Assembly: GCA_023920165.1 (NCBI GenBank)
Contig: CP089279.1
Location: 1,054,001 to 1,118,000 of the forward strand
Length of the DNA: 64,000 nt
Origin: Curvularia clavata
Taxonomy: Eukaryota
Direction of reading: 5' to 3'
Made by a program: the position numbers and the translations under genes. This document shows positions 24,110-37,600 of this stretch, one piece after another; the stretch's first letter is position 1, and every line of letters begins with the position of its first letter. Below the pieces are notes generated by a model. That model did no database searches and had not been told where the DNA came from. It saw nothing but the letters and a program-made list of their open reading frames with translations.

Positions 24110-24491
24110 TGAGCCTTGCTCGGTGACGATGGTATCGGGGTGGTTTTCCCAGGTAGAATGTAGGCGACGGAGGGAGTAGGGTAGGCGGGTCGGAGCGTGG
24201 TCAAGGTGCAGTGTCAATGCTAGGGTATTAGGACGGCGCACAACTAGGGTATCGGAATAACGATGGCGAATTTCTGTGTCCCTGGAAGAGCAGCATTAGC
24301 TTGCGACCGTAGTAGCAAGCAAACTTGCATGTTTGGGGCCGCAGTGGGGTGTTACCATGCGTTGGTGTGACCTGGGAGAACAGCGGCAGGCCGGGAAAGA
24401 GATAACCCAGCACGGCGGAGCATGCAGCGGTGTTCTAGTATAGCGGAGGGATACAGACGCGCTGCAGTGGACACGAGAATTGGCGACGGAC

Positions 24492-24512
24492 CTGCTGCTG
24501 CTGCTGCTGCTG
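24492..24512. repeat. (CTG)7 microsatellite
   Basis: Read directly in the divergent RNH1/DUF202 intergenic region. Confidence 0.85.
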
Positions 24513-24938
24513 TGTTTACTGTTGCGGCTTGCTAGTTGTGGGTTGACGAGTGCAGGGCTGCGGGGACCCTGCAGCAGCTTCACAGGTACGTAGTTGGCGT
24601 CCCATGTCAACGAGCTCCCCGGCTTATCGCGTGAAACACTCAAAAAGGAAAGTTGGGATTCGCAGATATTGATATAAGCTTCGGCTCCCTGCCCATATCA
24701 GAAATTGAAAAAGACACTTACTCCTGTGCCTGGTGTGCCTACGACGCGGTGACACGCTTCTTCGGAAAGCATATCCAAGACGCGCCCTGAAGCGTAACCT
24801 CGGTGAAGCATTTACCCCACTACGTCACTCATCGCCGACTGCTGGCACTCTCCTCTACCTACTGTTGAATTGCATTAGAGACATCTTCACGTCGACACCA
24901 ACAGCTCTCCCTGCCCCGCGTGCACTGCGCCGTTGGCC

Positions 24939-25462
24939 ATGTTCGAGGTGAGCCAAACAAGCCGACTGCTAATCTACTGTGACTGATGACGCGCCAGGGC
25001 CGTCACGCAGCAGACCGATACCGTCTGCATCTGCACCGCGCGCGCTCCGTGGTACTGACGAGCGATGAGCTGGTGGAGATTCGGGCAGCACAGCGCACGT
25101 TTGAGGGCGCCTATGTTCGCACAGCAATCGGGCAGTTCTCATTTGCGCTGGTAGTGCTCAAGATCTTCACCGCAGAGTTCTATTCGATTGGTGCTTTGTT
25201 TGCCGTCTACGGAGTTGGTATCCTCTTCACTAGTCTGTTCCGGCGGCAGCAAGGTAAGTGTTGTGACGAAACTGTGCATGCGCCTACACACATGGGGTGC
25301 TGATAGTCGTTAGGAAACAAACAGTTCTTCTCCGAAGTCGGTGACGACGGTCTGTACCGCAAGAAGTTCCGCACCAGCGGTAATGTCGTCTTCGCCTTGA
25401 CTGCGCTCAGCGTTTCAGCATACATCTGCCTGCTGGTCCTCACGCTGAAGCTTGCAAAGTGA
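24939..25462 (+). CDS. DUF202/YidH-like small membrane protein (two introns)
   Basis: MFE^GRHAAD..EIRAAQRTFEGAYVRTAIGQFSFALVVLKIF..RRQQG^NKQFF..FRTSGNVV..LAK*; three hydrophobic segments. Confidence 0.78.
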
Positions 25463-26324
25463 AGATGCGTCTGCGTGCTACCTTGGAGGCACAGGACCAG
25501 AGTATGGAAATGCGCCGTGAGCAAGCCATGTGCCGGCAGCTCCACATGACTACGTCAGGAAATCTGGGGAAGCCCCGTCGTTTATGCACATGTGTTGAAT
25601 ACCGGGGGGTATTGTTGAGCGATCCGTGCCCGACGCATAGGTTGACAGCGGACAGAGACAAGACAAAGACAGATGGATATTCCACAAGAATACCACGTTT
25701 ACCAGTCGACACGAGCCACAATGACTTGCGAGTACCGTCTTTGTTATCTTGACATTGAGCATTATGTATCCGGGCCACCGGGCATCGGGGCTCGGAGCGT
25801 GGGGTTTTCCAGTTCGCGCAATAGCGACATCAAGCGGGGTGTGGCTTGCAGGCGGATGCGAGCACAGATTGCGCGGCCTGACCTCTGACCTCTTCCTGTC
25901 TGGAGTAGAAAAAAGGAAAGAGGAGAAAAGGAGTTGCTCAAATTGCCCATTATTCCATTGCAACCGCCTGCGCGTGTTCTTGAAGTTTTTGACGTTTGTT
26001 CAGTCAGTCGGCGACTTTGTTTGTGGCGGGGAAGCCGTGGTTAGTCTTGAGCCTCATCGAGAAAGACCGACTCCGAACAGTCACAGCCGCCTCCGATCCT
26101 ACTCAACGGGTCACCTGGCCCCTCGCCCATATAATTACTACTACAACAACCACGACAAAAGGAACCCCCTCCCACAAACCTACCCCTTGCAACCCCATCC
26201 CCAGCCTCAATCCGCGCCCGTCTCCACAGCTGGCTGCAAGTCATCCAACCGCCAGTACCTGGGCGTCGTCTCTTGGCGCAGCGGCGGCCGACTTTAGCGT
26301 AGCACAGCTGTTCTCTGCCTTGGC

Positions 26325-28658
26325 ATGACGCCAGACATGGAAGCCATTCCGACGCCGATGGTCACCGACCTTGTCCGACACAAGCATTCGCGTCCCCGCC
26401 CGCCATCCGCCTCTCCTTCACCCGACAACGCCTCTGCCTCCACCCCTCGCCGCTTCAGCTCCCATTCTGCTTTCGCCCGATCTGTAATGAGCAAACTCGC
26501 CCTACCGCTCGACACCCAGCAGCAGCCAGACACTCCCGCTGACAACGACCTTACCCCCCGCCCTGTATCCGCCGAACCAAAGTTTCCCGCAGTTGCGCCC
26601 GCGAAGAATGTCCAGGCGCTCAAAGAACGCGCCCAGCAAAATGGTCAGCTAAAGGCTGTTCCCAACCCGGTGCAACAGCAGCACCAGAACGGACAACTCT
26701 CAGCGAACAATGGCGTGGGCGCTGCCTTGAGCGACACCCCGCTGCCATCGGTTCCGGGAAGTCCGCGAGAGTACGGAGAGGCTCCCACACAGAAAACCTC
26801 CTACTTCGCTGACCGTAACAGCACCCTGACACGTAACAGCTCTGCTGCCGGTACCCCGCGACTACGCCCGACGACGCTCGACATTCCGGGCTTGACAAAG
26901 TCCAAAGTCTCTCCAGATGGCAAGATTGCCCAGCGCGATGTCGGCTCCAAGCTCGTCATTGTCATGGTGGGACTGCCCGCTCGGGGCAAGTCTTACATCA
27001 CAAAGAAAATGGCCCGCTACCTGAACTGGCTGCAGCACGACACAAAGATTTTCAACGTGGGAGAGAAGCGGCGAGTGGCGGCGAGTCAGAGCGGATTCCG
27101 CTTGTCCCAGGCAAATCTCGAGCGCATCTCATCCAATGTCAAGCGCGCCATCGAGGAGCACCAGGACACATTGCCACAGATTGCTGCAAAAATCCTTATC
27201 AATGGCGACCCCGCGCACGACGGGGCAATTGACCCACAGAACCTGCCGGACCCACGCCGGGGTAGTACCGCCATTATAGACGACGATGACGAGAACTCAC
27301 AGCTTCCACCGCCCCGAGTCGAGGTCACATCCCCAGGCCCACAAGTGCCCACGCCCAAAAATGAGCCAACTAATGCTGCTGAGAATGAGTCAATGGACCA
27401 ATCGGCCGATTTCTTCGACCCCCAAAATCAGCGTGCCGCTGCGCTGCGAGAGCAATGTGCCATGGAAACACTAGATGACTTGTTGAACTACATCTTGAAT
27501 GGCAATGGTTCAGTCGGCATATTCGACGCGACCAACAGCACGCTTGCGCGACGACAGCAGATTATGGAGCGGATACGGGCGCGCGCAGGACCAGAACTTA
27601 ACGTTTTGTTCGTCGAGAGTGTGTGTCGCGATCAGAATTTGCTCGAGTCGAACATGCGCCTGAAGTTGTCGGGGCCGGACTACGCTGACAAGGACCCCGT
27701 TGCTGCCCTCGCAGACTTCAAGAAGCGAGTAGCCATCTACGAGAAGAACTATGTTCCGATTGGCGACTACGAGGAAGACCACAACATGCCCTATGTCAAG
27801 ATGGTGGACGTGGGTCGGAAGATGATATCTCATCAGATTCGGGGTTTCCTTGCTGGTCAAGCTGTCTACTATCTCCTCAACTTCAACCTGGCGCCACGCA
27901 TGATTTGGATAACGAGGCACGGCGAGTCCACAGATAACGTCGCTGGTAAGATTGGCGGCGATTCTGATCTCAGCCCCAACGGAGAAAAGTATGCAAAGGC
28001 CATGACCCGCTTCATCGCTGCCCAGCGCAAGGAATGGGCGGTTCGTCAGGCAAACAAGAAAGCCAACTCCCACTTCCCACCCATGGCAGGTGACACAACT
28101 CCTCCAAACCCCTACTACAGCCACGAGCTCGAGACCCATAACTTCTGTGTCTGGACTTCGATGCTGAAACGCTCGATCCAGACCGGGCAGTACTTCTGCG
28201 ACGAGGACTTTGAGGTCAAACAAATGCGTATGCTTGACGAGCTCAACGCAGGTATCATGGAGGGTCTCACATACGAAGAAATTCGCACAAAGTACGCTGA
28301 CGAGTACCTCCGACGGCGTCGGGACAAGCTGGCATATCGCTATCCTGGTCCCGGTGGCGAAGGCTACCTCGACGTCATCAACCGCGTACGCCCTGTCATT
28401 GTAGAGTTGGAGCGAATGACGGACCACTGCCTGCTCATAACCCACCGCAGTGTTGCTCGAGTGCTCCTCGCCTACTTCCAGGGCCTGAAACGTGAAGACG
28501 TAGCTGATCTCGACTGTCCCCTCGGCATGCTCTACCAGATGGAGCCCAAGCCATACGGTGTCGAATTCAAAGCCTGGCGCTACAACCCCGAAACCGACGA
28601 CTTTGACCACCTGCCTAATTACAAGCTCAGGAGGGCGCCTACTCTGACGACTAATTAA
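26325..28658 (+). CDS. PFK26: 6-phosphofructo-2-kinase / fructose-2,6-bisphosphatase
   Basis: VMVGLPARGKS Walker A, IFNVG..RR, IFDATNST, KLSGPDY, and a histidine-phosphatase domain ITRHGES..LDELNAG..YRYPG. Probable in-frame intron 26771-26821. Confidence 0.95.
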   Translation: MTPDMEAIPTPMVTDLVRHKHSRPRPPSASPSPDNASASTPRRFSSHSAFARSVMSKLALPLDTQQQPDTPADNDLTPRPVSAEPKFPAVAPAKNVQALKERAQQNGQLKAVPNPVQQQHQNGQLSANNGVGAALSDTPLPSVPGSPREYGEAPTQKTSYFADRNSTLTRNSSAAGTPRLRPTTLDIPGLTKSKVSPDGKIAQRDVGSKLVIVMVGLPARGKSYITKKMARYLNWLQHDTKIFNVGEKRRVAASQSGFRLSQANLERISSNVKRAIEEHQDTLPQIAAKILINGDPAHDGAIDPQNLPDPRRGSTAIIDDDDENSQLPPPRVEVTSPGPQVPTPKNEPTNAAENESMDQSADFFDPQNQRAAALREQCAMETLDDLLNYILNGNGSVGIFDATNSTLARRQQIMERIRARAGPELNVLFVESVCRDQNLLESNMRLKLSGPDYADKDPVAALADFKKRVAIYEKNYVPIGDYEEDHNMPYVKMVDVGRKMISHQIRGFLAGQAVYYLLNFNLAPRMIWITRHGESTDNVAGKIGGDSDLSPNGEKYAKAMTRFIAAQRKEWAVRQANKKANSHFPPMAGDTTPPNPYYSHELETHNFCVWTSMLKRSIQTGQYFCDEDFEVKQMRMLDELNAGIMEGLTYEEIRTKYADEYLRRRRDKLAYRYPGPGGEGYLDVINRVRPVIVELERMTDHCLLITHRSVARVLLAYFQGLKREDVADLDCPLGMLYQMEPKPYGVEFKAWRYNPETDDFDHLPNYKLRRAPTLTTN

Positions 28659-29328
28659 GCCTCGGCAGATTTTTTGGGGGTTCGGGAATCGGGAACTATG
28701 ACATATATGTATTATTATTGAGCTAGATGAACTCTTTTGTTTTCCTCTGAGGCTCCGATATCGGGCCGTGGTGGCCTTTTCTTTAATCATCACACTCTCC
28801 CAGAACTACTCTTTCTGGAAACAATCGTTTCCAAATCCCTTTTCTCTCTACCTTTTCTTCTTCCGCAGCCTAGAAGAGAAGCTAGGCTTGTATAACTGCT
28901 TACGAACTCTGTTTTTTTTGCTTCTCTTCTGCATTTACAGGCGTCGTCTTCTTTTATTTTCTTGACGAGGTTTTCCCTCCTTTCTGCTTCTTACTCTGAA
29001 CAGAGTGTTCTATATGAGTAGCTCGTATGCTCTACATAGAACTAAAGCAGACTGTATGGGTCGTAGTGACCTGAAAAAGGGGAGAAATACCATTATATAT
29101 ACACTTTTTCTTGTGTACTAATTTTTGCCCGCTGAGTCGCATCGTGAAATAAATGTTATATAGGTGCATAAGACGATCGAGTGCACTGTCATACTGGAAC
29201 GTCCATTTGAAAACATTGAACGATCGTGTATTGTCTTTCTACATAAACTCATCTCTCATGTACTTACTCTTTCTACTTTCCGTCTACGCCACATACCCAC
29301 TCCACCCCTCACACCCTTTCAATCACAT

Positions 29329-32300
29329 TCACCTCCTCGCAACAATAACACACGCCTCCTTCACCCCCCAAGCCCTCAACCTCCTCTCCCCCAAGATATC
29401 TCCCTGCAACAACTTCTCCATCTCATAATCCCCCTTTCTCTTCTTCTTACTCTTCTTCTCGTCGTCCCCCTCCGCCTCAACCTCAGCCTCCACAACCTCA
29501 ACTTCCTCTACCAAACCACCAATTTCATACGTACCGCTGCACAGCGCCACAAGGCCTACTTCACACGTGGTACTTGCGCCGGGCGCGAGAAGGGGCAGTC
29601 TGCGCTGCAGGACACCCGTCCACGACAGGCGCTTGTCGAGATCGAGAGCGAGGGCGTGCGGGAGGGAGGCGATGTGCGGTTGGAGGCGGAGAAGGGGCGA
29701 GATGGGGTGAGGACTTCTGTTTCGGAGCGTGGTTTGCAGAGTCACGAATGTGTCGATTGGGATGGAAAATTTGGAGGGGCTGAGTTGGTCGATGGATGCG
29801 AGTGATGAGGATGTGGTGTCTTCTTCCTCATTGTCCGAGTCAGAGTCATCTGAGTCTTGTTCTTCAGATGCGTGGTCTGGGATTAGCGTCATGGAAATGG
29901 CAATATCGTCGAGCTTGATTGCCTCAACCATTCGAGGTGACAACCGGATACCGCGCAGTTCCAGAGTACCATGTCGCCCGTTGTCGATCTCAGTCCATGT
30001 CCCGCGTACCATGGTGAGAAGCTCTTGGCGGTACCAGAATGCTTCTCTACTAGCGCGCTCGGTTTCAGGCGAGATTTTACTTGTGCTGACGACGAACTGG
30101 CGTTGGTTGGCGGGGTTCAGAGATGGTACTGGAGCGTGCGGGCTGCGCAGGTAGACTTTGGGTAGAATGAGGACGACACGGCTGACATGGCCGGGTTGGA
30201 TGACTTCACTGACTACATGGGCATTCTCCCAGAGACTGTCCTCATCTTTCGAGTCGTTGTCCGTGGGACGTCGGGCTTCGAGCGTAACGGATAATGGGTT
30301 TGGCCATGAGTTTCTCAGGTCCAGAAGAAGCATGCAGTATTCGTCGTCATGTCCCTGGCCCTTCTTTTGATGTATGAATGAGCGGAGATGGGCGTCTGCT
30401 TTCCCTGAAGCAGGAGGTTGTGGCGGCTCGGTCTTGGAATCTGAGTTTGGTGCAAGGCCCCGCAACCAACCGACACCGCCTGATAAAGGCACTATTTCTG
30501 GGCGTTGAAGTTGAACGCTGGCATTCACAGTGATGGATATGTGAGCAGAGACTCTACGGGTGAAGAACTGCTCCTCAATCTCAGATCTCCGCTTTCCAAG
30601 GTTGGCGTAGTCGATTTGAATAGTTGCATCGGTTAGTCTGGTGCGACCGATGACCTCGATCGTAAAGTTCATTTCTGCGCCTGGTTTAATGTAACAGGAT
30701 TCTCCGTCTACCTCCGTACACCATCGCAACGAGGGATAGTGTGCAAGCTGAACTTCCAACTCATGCAGTTCGGCTGGCGCAAGGTCCTTATTTGACGTTG
30801 CTGTGTGTATTGCAGCCATCGCTGTATCCTGGAAGGAAATATGAACAAAATCGACAGCAATTGTCGAAGATGTGTTCTTGACAGTGACTGTGAATTTCTT
30901 CCTTTCGCCCTCTAGTACCATGACTGCTGCTTGAGGCAGAGAAACGTTGGTTATGGTGATTACGGGCTGATCTGGTATTACAGAAAAAGTAAGCGATTCT
31001 GCTTTGGGCTGGGACGCCGCTTTGCAATCAATAGCAGGAGCAATAGTGGATGAAGGCCTAGAGTTCGGGGTTCCTAAACAAGCCTTGAGTCCCAGCTGCT
31101 TCATCTTGGGTTCTCGTTTGGGCTTCCATGGCTCAGGAAAGATAGGGAAAAGCCGCTCTCGACATCCCATAAGTTTTACATAGCAACCGATGATTTTCAG
31201 TTCACCGGCTGAGAGCGCTTTCCCCGTTATTTGGAACTTCTGTGTTCTGTATGGGCCTAGCAGAAAATGCTCTTCTATTCCCACAAATTCGACACCCTCT
31301 GCAGCAAATCTCAAGGACTCGACTGCGAGCTCAAAATCGTATGGATTCTGCAGGGCAATGACGAACCGGTAGCCCTCGTTGGCAACTAGGACGGCATTTG
31401 CATCTGTGGACTGCGACTTTTCAACGGCCCAGGCGTTGTGAAGGAAAGGGCCGTCTTTGCCTTTTGTATCCGACTTTAGCTCCGTTCCTTGACGTTGCGT
31501 CAACCGAAGGGCTTCGCTTTCATCCAAGATGAACAATCCACGGACAAGGAAATCATCCCAGTATTCTGTTTCAACGTGCTCAAAACCGAGTTTCTTTGCC
31601 GCAGTGACTGTTCTCGAGATGTTGGAGTACAAGCGGACCTGTTCCTCTCGCGGAAGAGACACATACACATCGGTGCTATTTGGTTTAGGCGCTGTCCCAG
31701 GCCCCGCGATTCTCAACAAGAGCGCAGTGAAATGGAGAACGCCATTGAAATCTGGCAATGCTTCACAAAAGCTCAAACATGTTCGGAGAACTTCAAGTTT
31801 GAGACTGAGGCTCCCGAACGATCGCATAGACGAGACTGCGAGAATTGCATCAACTATACGTTGGCTTGCAGCATTGTCCGATGCACTCTCTCCACTTTCT
31901 GCTCTTTGAGTGGGCACGACCATGTCAGGCATAGTTCCTTTCGAATTTGGAATCCCGTATATACGGCCAAGCAGCCCCAGGAATTCTTCGATACCTTTCT
32001 CAACTTCTCCTTCTCCTACATTGAGGGCACCTGCGCCTGAGCCACTACCACTTGCAATGTTAAGAGCAGCAAGTCCAGCAGCTGGATGAACACCCATTTC
32101 GGCCGCCCCGACTTTCCTTGCTTGGATCAGACCAGGAACAAGAGATGTGATAAACTCTTTCATAACAATAGCTTTCTTCCGCTGCAATCCAAGCGATGAC
32201 AACACAGAAGCAACACCAGCGAGTATCACCACCCGGTCAGTGGGACTCATGCCACATGCTTCGACAGGGCCTGGTAGGGCGCGAAAAAGTATCGAAGCTA

Positions 32301-34044
32301 TGTCGTTTCGTGTAGGGTGCACACTTAGTCTAGGAACACCAAGTCGTGCCTTTTGCTTGTATGGCACATTCTGGACAATGTGGCGCAACGAGTCTTCGTC
32401 CAGGTACCCCGCAGATAGATTAACAGCGGCTAATAACTTTGAGAATCTTATAACGCATTCCGAAAACGCAAGTGGCGGTAGTGACTCGCCAGCAAAATTG
32501 GCCGCCCGTGTGTACAGATTTAGAATCATGTGGATAAGGTCCGGTAACAACGAACTTAGCGCGTCGAGAGAGTTGTCATGATTTTGCTGCTTCGCCGAAG
32601 CAGACACATCCGCCGTGCTGTTAGTTGGAGTATGTTGTGGTGATTTGATGCTATTGGATTTATCAGACCCTGGGTAGCAGATTGGTGGTATCTTCTCAAG
32701 TCAGTGCTTTTGCACAACATTGCAAGCTGAACTACACTGACCTGAAACTCCATTCCTGACCAAGCAAATAGCAGCATGCAAACCATGATGTTCTCCAGAG
32801 CCTTTGCATGCCATAGATGGTCGCTCAAAGAGCGTGCTCTCGTTGCACCTTCGCTGAGTTCTCGTATTGCCTCAACCCATTGTCCAGCACACATATACAT
32901 GGTACCAATCACGATACTGATGCGACCACGACCCTTGTTCCGGGCTCTCTCACCCACTCCGCCAGATCCAAATCCATGGATTGAGACGCGATCAGCTGGG
33001 TTCTTTGTTGCCCCACCAGTTTTCACAGGGCTGCTTGTCGGTTGTGGAAGATTATTAGTTGCATTGATTCCAGAAATTTCGTCAAAGGTAGTAGGTGGTG
33101 TCTTTGAACCCTGCGAGCTTATTGAGCCAGTTCGTTGGTCTTCTGTGGACACTGAACTTCCCGAACTTGATGGCAGTATGGGCATCGATGCACGGTGCGC
33201 GTCTCTTTGCACATTTCCCACGGGTGTTACTGGTCTACTTGCGCTCGGTGTTTGCGAGTTGCGTCTAGAGAATTGCGATATGGAATCCGATGCAGCCCAA
33301 CTTGGTGTCGCTTCTGCCATGCCACTTTGAGAAGCTGGTGATGTTAAAGTAGGAAGGGCCTGAATAGACTTGGCCAATGTTGTCATCTCTGCCAGCAAGG
33401 TCGCGGTGAGATCGCACATGAAAGTCTTCATCGTTGTTGTCTTGAGCTGTGATTTGGGGGGAACTAGGAGTGCTTCTTGAGGTAAGCGCGGATGACGAGA
33501 CTGAGACACAGAATCGAACATCATAAGACGGTGCAGATATGCCCTCGGAAACTGCTCCCTAAGATCATCGATACTGAAAAGAATAGAGTTGGCGCTTTCA
33601 TCTTCAGCTGGAGGATCTTCGAATGTCTCTGACGAGCCTTGGTCTGTTGCACGTGACGGGTGTAGCCATGCATACTCGGATGCATCTCCCAGCCCAATCA
33701 CAAGCAGTGGCTCCCTGAACTGTTCGAATGGGGACAATGACAGGTGAGACACCGAAGGCATAGATGTCGACAAGTCATACAGCAGCGTTCCGTTAGGCCA
33801 AGCCAATGGAGAAAACATATCTATTCGTTGCCAAGATCAGCAAACGGGGTAGCTAATACGGGCCATCAGGGCGCATACTGCGATCAGGTCGAGGATCAGG
33901 ACTTATGTCGCCCAGCCGAACCAGTGATTCCTGTTGCAAGAGCTCGACGAAAGCTAGGAATCGCGAACGCTTAATGCGACCCATGGGGAGAAGCAGAGCC
34001 CTAATGCGCGCAGGCGCGATCGGGGACAGAGGGTCGACTGCCAT
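29329..34044 (-). CDS. TRS120: TRAPP II complex subunit Trs120 (two introns)
   Basis: MAVDPLSPIAPARIRALLLP, MFSPLAWPNG, PFEQFREPL, DHLWHAKALE, GAAEMGVHPAAGL, EYWDDFLVRG, LQNPYDF, LDLRNSWP. Confidence 0.92.
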
Positions 34045-34591
34045 CTCAACATCGGGAATTTTTAGACCTTCCGGTCGATGATGGTTCGGTGGATTAGGGA
34101 TGTGACGCCGTGATGGCGGATGCTTGCATGGCGTGTTGGATGTTTGAACAGCGGCATGGTTGGCGATCTCCGAGCTTTGGCCCCGTGGCGGTGGCTCAAA
34201 TGCACTAGGCCATTTCCAGCACTGGTCCCTGCGCAAGTGTCCTGCGACGTCTATAGACACACGAAACGATACATCTCACCGACACCCTTTCATCCTTCAC
34301 GAGGCCGCCCTAGAGCCTTTCATGGTTTTCTTGGTATCCTTTGCATAGCGTGGGCATATCTAGGAGTTCGACCGTGCTACACTTTGTTACACTTCGCCAC
34401 GTTTATTTTCCAGGGTCAGACTGCATCTTCGCCACTACTGCCACTCATCCTGCCTGGCAAACCTGTCTGGCTTTACTACATCTTCACTTTCACTTTGTAC
34501 CCTCTAACTGTCTTCCTGTACGAAATTCCTAGCACTGAGGGCCCAGCCTTTTCTAAGTCCCATCCCCTCACCCGGCTGCTGGCACCAAGTA

Positions 34592-34616
34592 GCATCAACA
34601 TCAACATCAACATCAA
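34592..34616. repeat. (CATCAA)4 tandem repeat in the 5' leader of the GHKL gene
   Basis: gcatcaacatcaacatcaacatcaa read directly. Confidence 0.8.
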
Positions 34617-34673
34617 CCAGTCTTGCAGACTCACTAAGGACTCCCCGGTTTCATCCCAAAAGAGAATTTCAAG

Positions 34674-37600
34674 ATGGCTGCGATAGATTTCGCGCGGTTG
34701 CGCAACCAAACCATGGCCGATGGCTTCGATAGCGAGGTTACGGTCAACACGCGCGCCCTGATCGACAAAGTCCTGGCACGTTACTCCAGCGAACATACGA
34801 CACTACGAGAGTTGATTCAGAATGCAGCAGATGCAAAAGCAGATCAAGTCATCATCAAGTTTGAGACAGACCCCTCTCTAACCGTACCAACTCCCCAGGG
34901 TGCCGCGGACCATAATTTGCTAAAGCATATTATTCAGCATCACACGCTCAAGCGGCTTGTCGTCAGCAATAATGGCCAGCCTTTCACTGTTGCTGACTGG
35001 AGCCGTTTAAAAAGTATTGCAGACGGTAATCCGGACGAGACAAAAATTGGTGCTTTCGGTGTTGGTTTCTACAGTGTCTTCGCCGATTGCGATGAGCCTT
35101 TCGTGATCTCTGGTGACAGGACCATGGCCTTTTACTGGAAAGGTAACATGTTGTCCACAAAGGCCGCGCCTGTACCACCAGAGCACACTGCTAGAGATAC
35201 GATCTTCATGCTGGAGTACCGGCAGGCAAACCCAGCGTCTCCTTCGTATAATCCGTCAAAGCTCCCAAACCTGCCCACTTTATGTCAGTTTCTGGCGACC
35301 AGTCTGACATTTGTGGGCCTTGAGAGTATTGAACTCCATATAGACGATTATGTGGTTGCTTCATTTACCAAGAAGATTTCCTCTCCTGAGATTGTTCGCG
35401 TACCACAGGGCTTAAAGACTGAGACCGAGGGAGGGTTGATGAAAGTGACTGATGTCACGCGACAGCACTCTCAGCTCGATGCTGCCTGGATGAATGTGAT
35501 TGCGACTGCTCAGTTGCCACCTAAGAAGGCCGCCGACCTTGTACAACAGGAAGTGCGCAACGCTGGTTCAACCTTGCGAAGCTTCTTTTCCAAGTTCTCA
35601 GCTCCGCCCCCAGCGCCTGTCAAGACCCCCAAACCCGCCCCTGAGAAGCAAAACCCTAGCGAAGAAATAGCTGGGGACTCGAAAGGAACAATTTTCTTGC
35701 AGGTGTGCACAGTGGTAGCGGCCACCAAAGTCTCGCGAAACTTTGCAGCAGAGATTGAGAGAGCAACCAAGAAGTCTCCGCCAAAGACTACGAAGATTGC
35801 CCTCTTGACTTCTCCTTACCAAGATCCTTCAGCTACTCTAGCAACAGGGTCAGGATCTTCTGCCTCGCTTGCTTCCAAAATTTTCTCTGAGGTTCTTCCT
35901 ACGAAATCTGGACGTATCTTCATTGGGTTTCCCACAGCACAAACAACAGGATACCTTGCACACATCTCAGCACCATCGCTGATCCCAACAGTGGAGCGTG
36001 AGAATGTGGACATGAATGCTCGGTATATATCCACCTGGAATATCGAACTTCTTCGCGTTGCTGGTCTAGCGTGTCGCATCACGTACGCAGCTGAAATGTC
36101 AGCTTTGCAGGCTCAATTTGGCAAGGAACCTTTGGAGACATTGATCACCAAAACAGCCTACGTTTTCAAACAGTACACTGCGAAATCATCCCATCCATCT
36201 ACGGCCCTTGGTGATCGAATCGACGAAGCTTTCTGGAACTGTTCCAAAGAGCGCTCGATTGACATACTCTCGACTAAGGGTTTTTTGCCAAGCAGACAAG
36301 TGCGCATGCCTGCGGAAACTCTCAGCTTCTTGGGTGAAGTGCCCATGGTTCCTCAGGAACTAGCCAATGCCGCGGTTGACTTTATGCTGAATTTGCACAA
36401 TCGTGGTTTCATCACGGAACTCACCATGCAGGACATTCGGCAAGGTCTGGAATCACGTGCTCTCAACGAAGAAGAGCTTTGTGAATTCCTCAAGTGGTGT
36501 GGATCTAAACTGGAAAACGGCGAAATCGATATACCAGGCTCAAGAAGCCTTTTCGAAAACACAGTTGCCAACATTGATGTCGTGCCGGAGAAGAACTCTG
36601 GAAGAATTCTGGCACTAGGAGATATCAGTACATTCGTAAACCCAGCCCGCATCGGTCCGCACCTGCCACTTCCTCCTGATACGATACCATTCTCTTTCAC
36701 TAGGGGCATGACAATGAAACAACTTCAGATGTTTGGATGGATAGAGCTGTCAATGGTACGGTGGTTGCGGCACATGACGACACGGCCACAGCTTGATCAA
36801 TTTACATCTGACGAAAATCTTGCTCTCTCGGTACTCACATTGACCTCCAAGTGCTGGGAACAGCTTGACGGAAATTCTAGAGAGTCGGTAATCAAAATTT
36901 TGACCCCTCACAACATCATGCCTACGAAGATGGGCATGCGTCGACCGGCCGAGTCATACTTTCCGACTGTTAAACTCTTTGATGACTTGCCGACTGTCAA
37001 GCCATTTGCCGGCTCAAAGGAGAAATTTTTGTTGTCGCTTGGAGTACGAAAAACTATCGACCTCCCCATGGTCTTCGACCGAATGCGGAGTCGCGATGGT
37101 GAGCAGGCAGAGAAGTCGGAGCGGCCTTCTTGGAATCACGTTGATCTCATTCGATACTTTGCATCTGTGATCAACGAAATTCCCAAAAAGGATCTGGAAC
37201 GACTACGCGAGACGGCGTTCTTACCAGGTGAGGGTGCGACTGTCAAACCCGGTCAGCTATTCAAAGCCTCGGATCTCTACGCCCCGGATCCAGCGATTGT
37301 TGTGCTGGGTCTGACACAAATTAAGCTGCCATTCGAGTTCAAGCCAAGCACCCGAGAAGGTATGCTTCTTGTAAATCTTGGTTTACGGGCGTGGCCAGAT
37401 TCTATCACCATTGCCAACATACTCCATCGCGCCGGTCAGGCGAAGGACTTGCAGCTTTACACTCGTGCAATGGATTACTTCTTGGCAAGTTACTACAAAA
37501 ACAACTATACGGCAGAGGCAAACAAGTTTGCTGCCGTGACTCTTCCAATATTGCCGACTGAACAAGCCCCCTTTCCTGCGTTGGTCAGTCCGTTCCAATG

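Noticed and set aside
27510..28793. 427-aa antisense ORF over PFK26 (likewise 39000-39881, 5456-6061, 43469-44017 and many others)
   Set aside because: Shadow ORFs caused by codon bias of the sense gene; no recognisable motifs.
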